Virus record (IMG/VR): IMGVR_UViG_3300047320_000346
Reading direction: 5' to 3' (one strand)
Origin: an uncultured virus (IMG/VR IMGVR_UViG_3300047320_000346)
Taxonomy: Duplodnaviria; Heunggongvirae; Uroviricota; Caudoviricetes
Length of the DNA: 64,000 nt
The notes under the pieces are model-generated. The model ran no database searches and was not told the origin of the DNA. It was given only the letters and a program-made list of their open reading frames with translations. Shown piece by piece: positions 59,385 through 64,000 of this stretch; position 1 is the stretch's first letter; each line of letters begins with the position of its first letter. A program made the translations under genes and the position numbers.

Positions 59385-59644
59385 AGTTTGGCCAACACGA
59401 AATACCAGACTCGCTCTTCGACATGGCACGCGAGCGCATGCGTCGCGATGACACGTTCAGGCCCGATGACATCCGCCAGCATCTGGTGGCGGATGGCGAG
59501 GAGTACATGTTGTTCGTCAACAGTATTCCGTCGAACTGGCGAATCATCGCGGACCGCGTCACGCGCGCCTGCATTGACGAAATGCGCGACGCGGGCGAAA
59601 TCGAGCAACTCAAGAAAGGCGTGTGGACGCGCGCAAACAAATAA
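59381..59644 (+). CDS. Small hypothetical protein (winged-helix-like C-terminus)
   Basis: ATGA coupling; ...AGEIEQLKKGVW. Confidence 0.6.
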   Translation: MKFGQHEIPDSLFDMARERMRRDDTFRPDDIRQHLVADGEEYMLFVNSIPSNWRIIADRVTRACIDEMRDAGEIEQLKKGVWTRANK

Positions 59645-59764
59645 CTATTGACCTCATAGATAGCAGGTCATTGCAGGCCTGAACTCCGATTGTAGTTGCG
59701 AATAGTTCATTTAACGATATACTATTGATATTCGCATCACCTCACACGCAATCGGAGTAACACA

Positions 59765-60616
59765 ATGCTGAAGAAGAAACTCATCGGCCTGGCACTGCTG
59801 GCCTCGTTTGGTACGGCAGGTGCATTTGCCGCTTCCACCACCCCCGCGGCTGACGCGCCGTACTCTGGCGCAGTGCCGGCCGTGCTGCAACACGCACAGC
59901 AGGTAGGCGGGTTGGAAATCTACAAGAATTTCCCGGCCGCGGGCGGCCTGCATGGCTGGGTCGTGAAGGACCGCTCGTCGAAGTACATTATCGTCTACAC
60001 GACGCCGGATGACACCGTTCTGCTGGCGGGCATCGCGCTCGATGCTACCGGCAAGAATCTGAGCAACGACTACACGAACCAGTATGTCCCGGCGACGGAC
60101 TACACGCCAGCGTACAAGGCATTCACCACGGAAGCGACGAGCGTGCTGTGGGGTAACCCTAAGGCGCAGGCTGAAATGACTATCGTGACGGACCCGAACT
60201 GCCCGTTCTGTCAGCGCCTCGAGGCGATGCTCATTAAGGCGGTCGACGACGGCAAGCTGAAGGTGCACCTGGTGCCGGTAGGCTTCGAAGCACCGGATTC
60301 GCCGCAAAAGGCTGCTGGCCTGCTGCAGACGAAGGACGTGAGCGCATACATGACCTCGGACATCGTGCGCGGCCCGGTCGAGCAAAGCACGGACGCGGAC
60401 CTGGCTGCGAAGGTCAAGGCGAACTGGGCGCTGATGTCGAAGTACGGCCTGAACGGTACGCCGGCTGTGTTCTACATGTCGGGCAAGGGCAACTCGCAGA
60501 CGCTCAACGTCTCGCCGGGCGTGCCGAACATGACCGAGTTGCTGACCAAGCTCGGCCTGGAAAGCTACATCCCGGCTATCAAGGCGGACCCGAAGTTCGC
60601 GCAGTACGCGCGCTAA
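59765..60616 (+). CDS. Periplasmic DsbG/DsbC-like thiol:disulfide oxidoreductase
   Basis: Signal peptide, dimerisation-type IVYTTPD...LAG, DPNCPFC, GTP. Confidence 0.88.
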   Translation: MLKKKLIGLALLASFGTAGAFAASTTPAADAPYSGAVPAVLQHAQQVGGLEIYKNFPAAGGLHGWVVKDRSSKYIIVYTTPDDTVLLAGIALDATGKNLSNDYTNQYVPATDYTPAYKAFTTEATSVLWGNPKAQAEMTIVTDPNCPFCQRLEAMLIKAVDDGKLKVHLVPVGFEAPDSPQKAAGLLQTKDVSAYMTSDIVRGPVEQSTDADLAAKVKANWALMSKYGLNGTPAVFYMSGKGNSQTLNVSPGVPNMTELLTKLGLESYIPAIKADPKFAQYAR

Positions 60617-60709
60617 GAAAGACGAAGGCCGCTCAGCTGCAAACAGCATAAGCGGCCCTTCATAGAGCGGGTAATGAAAGGAGGCTGTCGCACGCGTCAG
60701 CCTCCTTTT

Positions 60710-62416
60710 TCATTTGCCCCAGAGGTAGTAGGTTGTCGGAGCGCTGAATGCCGGAAAGCCCTGGCCGCCCTGAATCCCCAGCCCGATGGCGAAGTCGTCG
60801 CAGCCGTTGAGCGTCGCGGTCGCAGTCTCATCCACGGCCCATCCATATTTCGCACCGGCACAGACACCATTGCTCGGCGTATATTCCCCAAAATTGAAAC
60901 CGAAGCGCGCCTGCTTGATGAGGGTGCCTCCGCCCAGGTCTTTCGGGTAGTTCGTCGCATAGCTCGACCAGTTTGGCGAGACTTGTGGAACGCCAGCAAC
61001 GTCGCCGCTGACGACGGTCATTTTCGCATCCGCCATCGCCGACATTGCTGTCTGGGTGCTTACCGCTGTGGTTCTGAGCGTCGATTCATTTGCAGCCTGC
61101 AGCACGAGCGCGGAGACCGGTACTTTGCTGAACGCGCTCGAGACGTAGTTGCCGTCAGCCATACTGGCTCCCGTCGGGTCGTTCAGGGTCGTGCCTGTCC
61201 AGTATGCGGTGCCCCAGCGCAGCGTGCTCGAATCGTTCTGCGCCTGCTTCATGAGAAGCATCCATCCGCCGCCGTTCGTGGTCTGGTTGCAGTAGACGTC
61301 CATGGTCGAGCCACCAACGGCAACACGGTAGACGCCATTGCCCGTCGCACCGGAATAGTCGTACGGCGCGCTCGGCGCCAGGTACGCCTGGCAACTCGCC
61401 GCATACGTGCCGTCCGACCATGCGCGATAGCTTCCGTTGTTCGCCACGTTCGCATTGACCGACATGCTGTAGGCCTTGCTGCCCGAGCTGAGCAGATACG
61501 CAGCCTTCACCCCGAACGACGCGGTCCCGACCGTTGTGGGCGAGCCAGAAATTACGCCATCGCCCGTGAGCGACAACCCGCCGGGCAGCGCGCCGCTCGA
61601 GAGCGACCACGTCACGCCGGCGCCATTGCCGGCGTACGCGGTGTCACCGGTGACCTGGAGGTTCTGCTTGAGGTCGTAGCTGTACGCGGTGCCCGCCGTG
61701 AGCATGGGGAACGACACATCCGAGAGCGCCACGGTAACGGTCGCAACAACCAACTGATACGTGCGCTGGCCGGCGCGGTTCATGTACCTGGCCTGCACGG
61801 CAACAGGGAACGTTCCGCCAGCCGTAGGTGTCCCGCTAAGCGTGCCGTTTGCATTGAGCTGCACGCCCGCGGGCAAAGGGCCGCTCATAAGCGACCACGT
61901 CACCTGCGCGGGGGTGTATTGCGGGTCGCCGGCCACCTGCAGATTCTGCTTCAGGTCATAGCTGTACGGTGTGCCCTGCACGCCCGGCGGGAGCGTCGCG
62001 CTCGCGAGTCCCACGACGATGTCGGCAATCATCACCTGGTAAGCCTGCTGACCTGCTTTGGTCTTGTACGCCGCCAGCACCTGGAAGCTCGATGTCGCGG
62101 CGGCAGTCGGCGTGCCGCTGAGTTTGCCGTCGGCGCTCAGGGAGAGCCCCGCCGGCAGCGCGCCACTGGCCACGGACCAGCGAACACTGCTCTGACTGTA
62201 CGACGGGTCTCCGAGCACCTGGAGCACCGAATTGAAATCGAAGCCTCCATACGCGCGTCCGACGACGCCCGTCGGAAGCGAATATGCGTTGAGCGTGACG
62301 AGGATATTGCCCGCCGTGGCCGAACGGCTGGGAACCGGCACAACAACAAAATAGTCGGAGGCAAAGGTGGAAAAGCTTGCGGCCGCGAGCAATGCGGCAA
62401 TGACGGTCTTTTTCAT
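60710..62416 (-). CDS. Secreted putative-Ig repeat protein with fibrinogen-like C-terminal domain
   Basis: Signal peptide, YFVVVPVP, three Ig repeats, VYCNQTTNGGGWMLLMK...YLWGK. Confidence 0.88.
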   Translation of the reverse strand: MKKTVIAALLAAASFSTFASDYFVVVPVPSRSATAGNILVTLNAYSLPTGVVGRAYGGFDFNSVLQVLGDPSYSQSSVRWSVASGALPAGLSLSADGKLSGTPTAAATSSFQVLAAYKTKAGQQAYQVMIADIVVGLASATLPPGVQGTPYSYDLKQNLQVAGDPQYTPAQVTWSLMSGPLPAGVQLNANGTLSGTPTAGGTFPVAVQARYMNRAGQRTYQLVVATVTVALSDVSFPMLTAGTAYSYDLKQNLQVTGDTAYAGNGAGVTWSLSSGALPGGLSLTGDGVISGSPTTVGTASFGVKAAYLLSSGSKAYSMSVNANVANNGSYRAWSDGTYAASCQAYLAPSAPYDYSGATGNGVYRVAVGGSTMDVYCNQTTNGGGWMLLMKQAQNDSSTLRWGTAYWTGTTLNDPTGASMADGNYVSSAFSKVPVSALVLQAANESTLRTTAVSTQTAMSAMADAKMTVVSGDVAGVPQVSPNWSSYATNYPKDLGGGTLIKQARFGFNFGEYTPSNGVCAGAKYGWAVDETATATLNGCDDFAIGLGIQGGQGFPAFSAPTTYYLWGK

Positions 62417-62498
62417 GGAAAGCGTGGGTGGCGTTGTCGTTGCAATGTATAGCTTCGACCGGCGTAACCAGCTGCGGCATGCCGGTCACATCGGCCGG

Positions 62499-63941
62499 TT
62501 ATTTGGCCCAGAGGTACAGCGTCGCCGGTTGCCAGGCTCCCGGATTGTTGTTCATCCAGGACTGCCCATAATGGGAGCCATAGCCCCCTAGGCCACCGCA
62601 CGCATCGTTGGACCCATTCAATGGGCTCGATGCCGGATTCTCATTGGACGACCATCCCCAGCGTGCGCCACAGGGCAAATCAGTGCCTGCGACGACGTCT
62701 ACAGTCTCCATGAAGTTGAATCCGAAGCGGGACTGGGTGATGACCGTCCCAGCCGGATAAGTCGTCGCGTGAATGAACCAGTCCGGGTCAACCTGAGGCA
62801 CGCCGTTGGCATCGTCGTAAAGGGTGCGGTTGGCGTCGCTGAACGCGACGAGCGGGGTCGACGCGTCGCGTGAATACGTCTTCACCGTCGACTCATTGGC
62901 CGCCTGCAGCAGGTACTGCGTTGCGCTCATTCGTGCAAACGTTGCTGATACGAAGTTGCCGTCGCTCATGTTCCGCCCGGCCGCAGTGTCGTTAAGCACC
63001 GCTCCGGTCGTCCAGTAGGTCGTATCCCCCTCGAGCGTGGCCCCGTCGCCCTGCGCCTGTTTCATCAGCAACGTCCATCCGCCGCCATTCGTCGTCTGGT
63101 TGCAATACACGTCCGTTGCCGCGCCGCTGACACTGATGCGATACACACCGTCACCGGTCGCTCCGGAATAGACGTAAGGCGCGCTCGGCGCCAGGTACGC
63201 CTGGCAGCTCGCCGCGTACGTGCCGTCCGACCATGCGCGATAGCTTCCGTTGTTCACGACGTTCGCTTGAACCGACAGGCTGTAATTCGCCGAGCTCGAA
63301 CCCTCCTGATAGCTCGCCTTGAGGGTGAAAGGAAAAGTTCCTGCTGCGGTTGGCGTTCCGGTGAGCTTTCCATCGGCGCCGAGCTGCACCCCGGCGGGCA
63401 ACGCACCGCCGCTCAGCGACCAGCCTACCAACGTCGGCGAGTATTGAGGGTCACCCGTAACCTGGAGATTCGGCTTCACGTCCCAGCTGTAGGCCGCTCC
63501 CGCCACGCCGCCGAGAAGGGTCGCCCCAGCCAGGCTCACGACAAGCTCCGCCACAAGCACCTGATAGCTTTGCTGGCCTGCCTTGGTCTTGTAGGCGGCC
63601 ATGACCTGAAAGCTCGATGATGCCGCCGCGGTCGGAGTGCCTGAGAGCTTTCCGTCCGCGCCAAGTAGGAGGCCCGCTGGCAATGTGCCCCCCACCACGG
63701 ACCAGCGAACACTTCCCGGCGTGTACGCGGGGTCACCGAGTACCTGCAAGACAGTGTTGAAGTCGAAGCCCCCATATGGGCGGCCGACAACGCCAGCCGC
63801 CAACGAATAGCCGTTGAGCGTGACGAGAATATTGCCCGAGCTCGCTGCCCGGTTTGGCACCGGAACGACGACGAAATAGTCGGCGGCGAAAGCAGAGAAA
63901 CTGGAGGCGGCTAGCAACGTCGCGAGAATGGACTTCTTCAT
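62499..63941 (-). CDS. Secreted putative-Ig repeat protein with fibrinogen-like C-terminal domain
   Basis: Signal peptide, YFVVVPVP, two Ig repeats, VYCNQTTNGGGWTLLMK...YLWAK. Confidence 0.88.
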   Translation of the reverse strand: MKKSILATLLAASSFSAFAADYFVVVPVPNRAASSGNILVTLNGYSLAAGVVGRPYGGFDFNTVLQVLGDPAYTPGSVRWSVVGGTLPAGLLLGADGKLSGTPTAAASSSFQVMAAYKTKAGQQSYQVLVAELVVSLAGATLLGGVAGAAYSWDVKPNLQVTGDPQYSPTLVGWSLSGGALPAGVQLGADGKLTGTPTAAGTFPFTLKASYQEGSSSANYSLSVQANVVNNGSYRAWSDGTYAASCQAYLAPSAPYVYSGATGDGVYRISVSGAATDVYCNQTTNGGGWTLLMKQAQGDGATLEGDTTYWTTGAVLNDTAAGRNMSDGNFVSATFARMSATQYLLQAANESTVKTYSRDASTPLVAFSDANRTLYDDANGVPQVDPDWFIHATTYPAGTVITQSRFGFNFMETVDVVAGTDLPCGARWGWSSNENPASSPLNGSNDACGGLGGYGSHYGQSWMNNNPGAWQPATLYLWAK

Positions 63942-64000
63942 TGAGTAGACGACTGGCAAGAAAGGGTATGCGATGTATAGAGAAATCTGCTTCAGCGAAT

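Noticed and set aside
60674..62452. 592-aa plus-strand ORF
   Set aside because: Antisense shadow of an Ig-repeat gene.

Overview
GC-rich, gene-dense segment that reads like the accessory region of a large betaproteobacterial (probably Burkholderiales) extrachromosomal element, either a megaplasmid or a phage-plasmid. The replicon type is inferred, since I saw no rep, tra, capsid, integrase, transposase, rRNA, tRNA or CRISPR. About half the genes are short phage-like hypotheticals arranged as terminator-promoter-gene cassettes. Recognisable genes: ruvB, clpP, HU, an RNase R/RNB-family nuclease, a lytic transglycosylase, a TorF-like porin, a NarL-type two-component pair, an HDOD-GAF protein, hipBA, rtcB/rtcR with a sigma54 promoter, an Rnl2-type RNA ligase, NAD+/ADP-ribose enzymes (NadM-like, ADP-ribosyltransferase, Sir2, NADAR), a DsbG/C-like oxidoreductase, and four paralogous secreted Ig-repeat proteins with swapped C-terminal tips. 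The most striking non-coding signal is the hexamer CTATAC. It sits 26-58 nt upstream of about 20 start codons, points towards the gene, lacks a -35 element, and often lies in the 5' arm of a hairpin that covers or abuts the Shine-Dalgarno. This suggests an element-specific promoter class with built-in translational gating. Several collapsed relics of host-type genes (MCP, flhC, alkB, rtcB 3' end) are also present. All calls come from motif recognition by eye; no searches were run.
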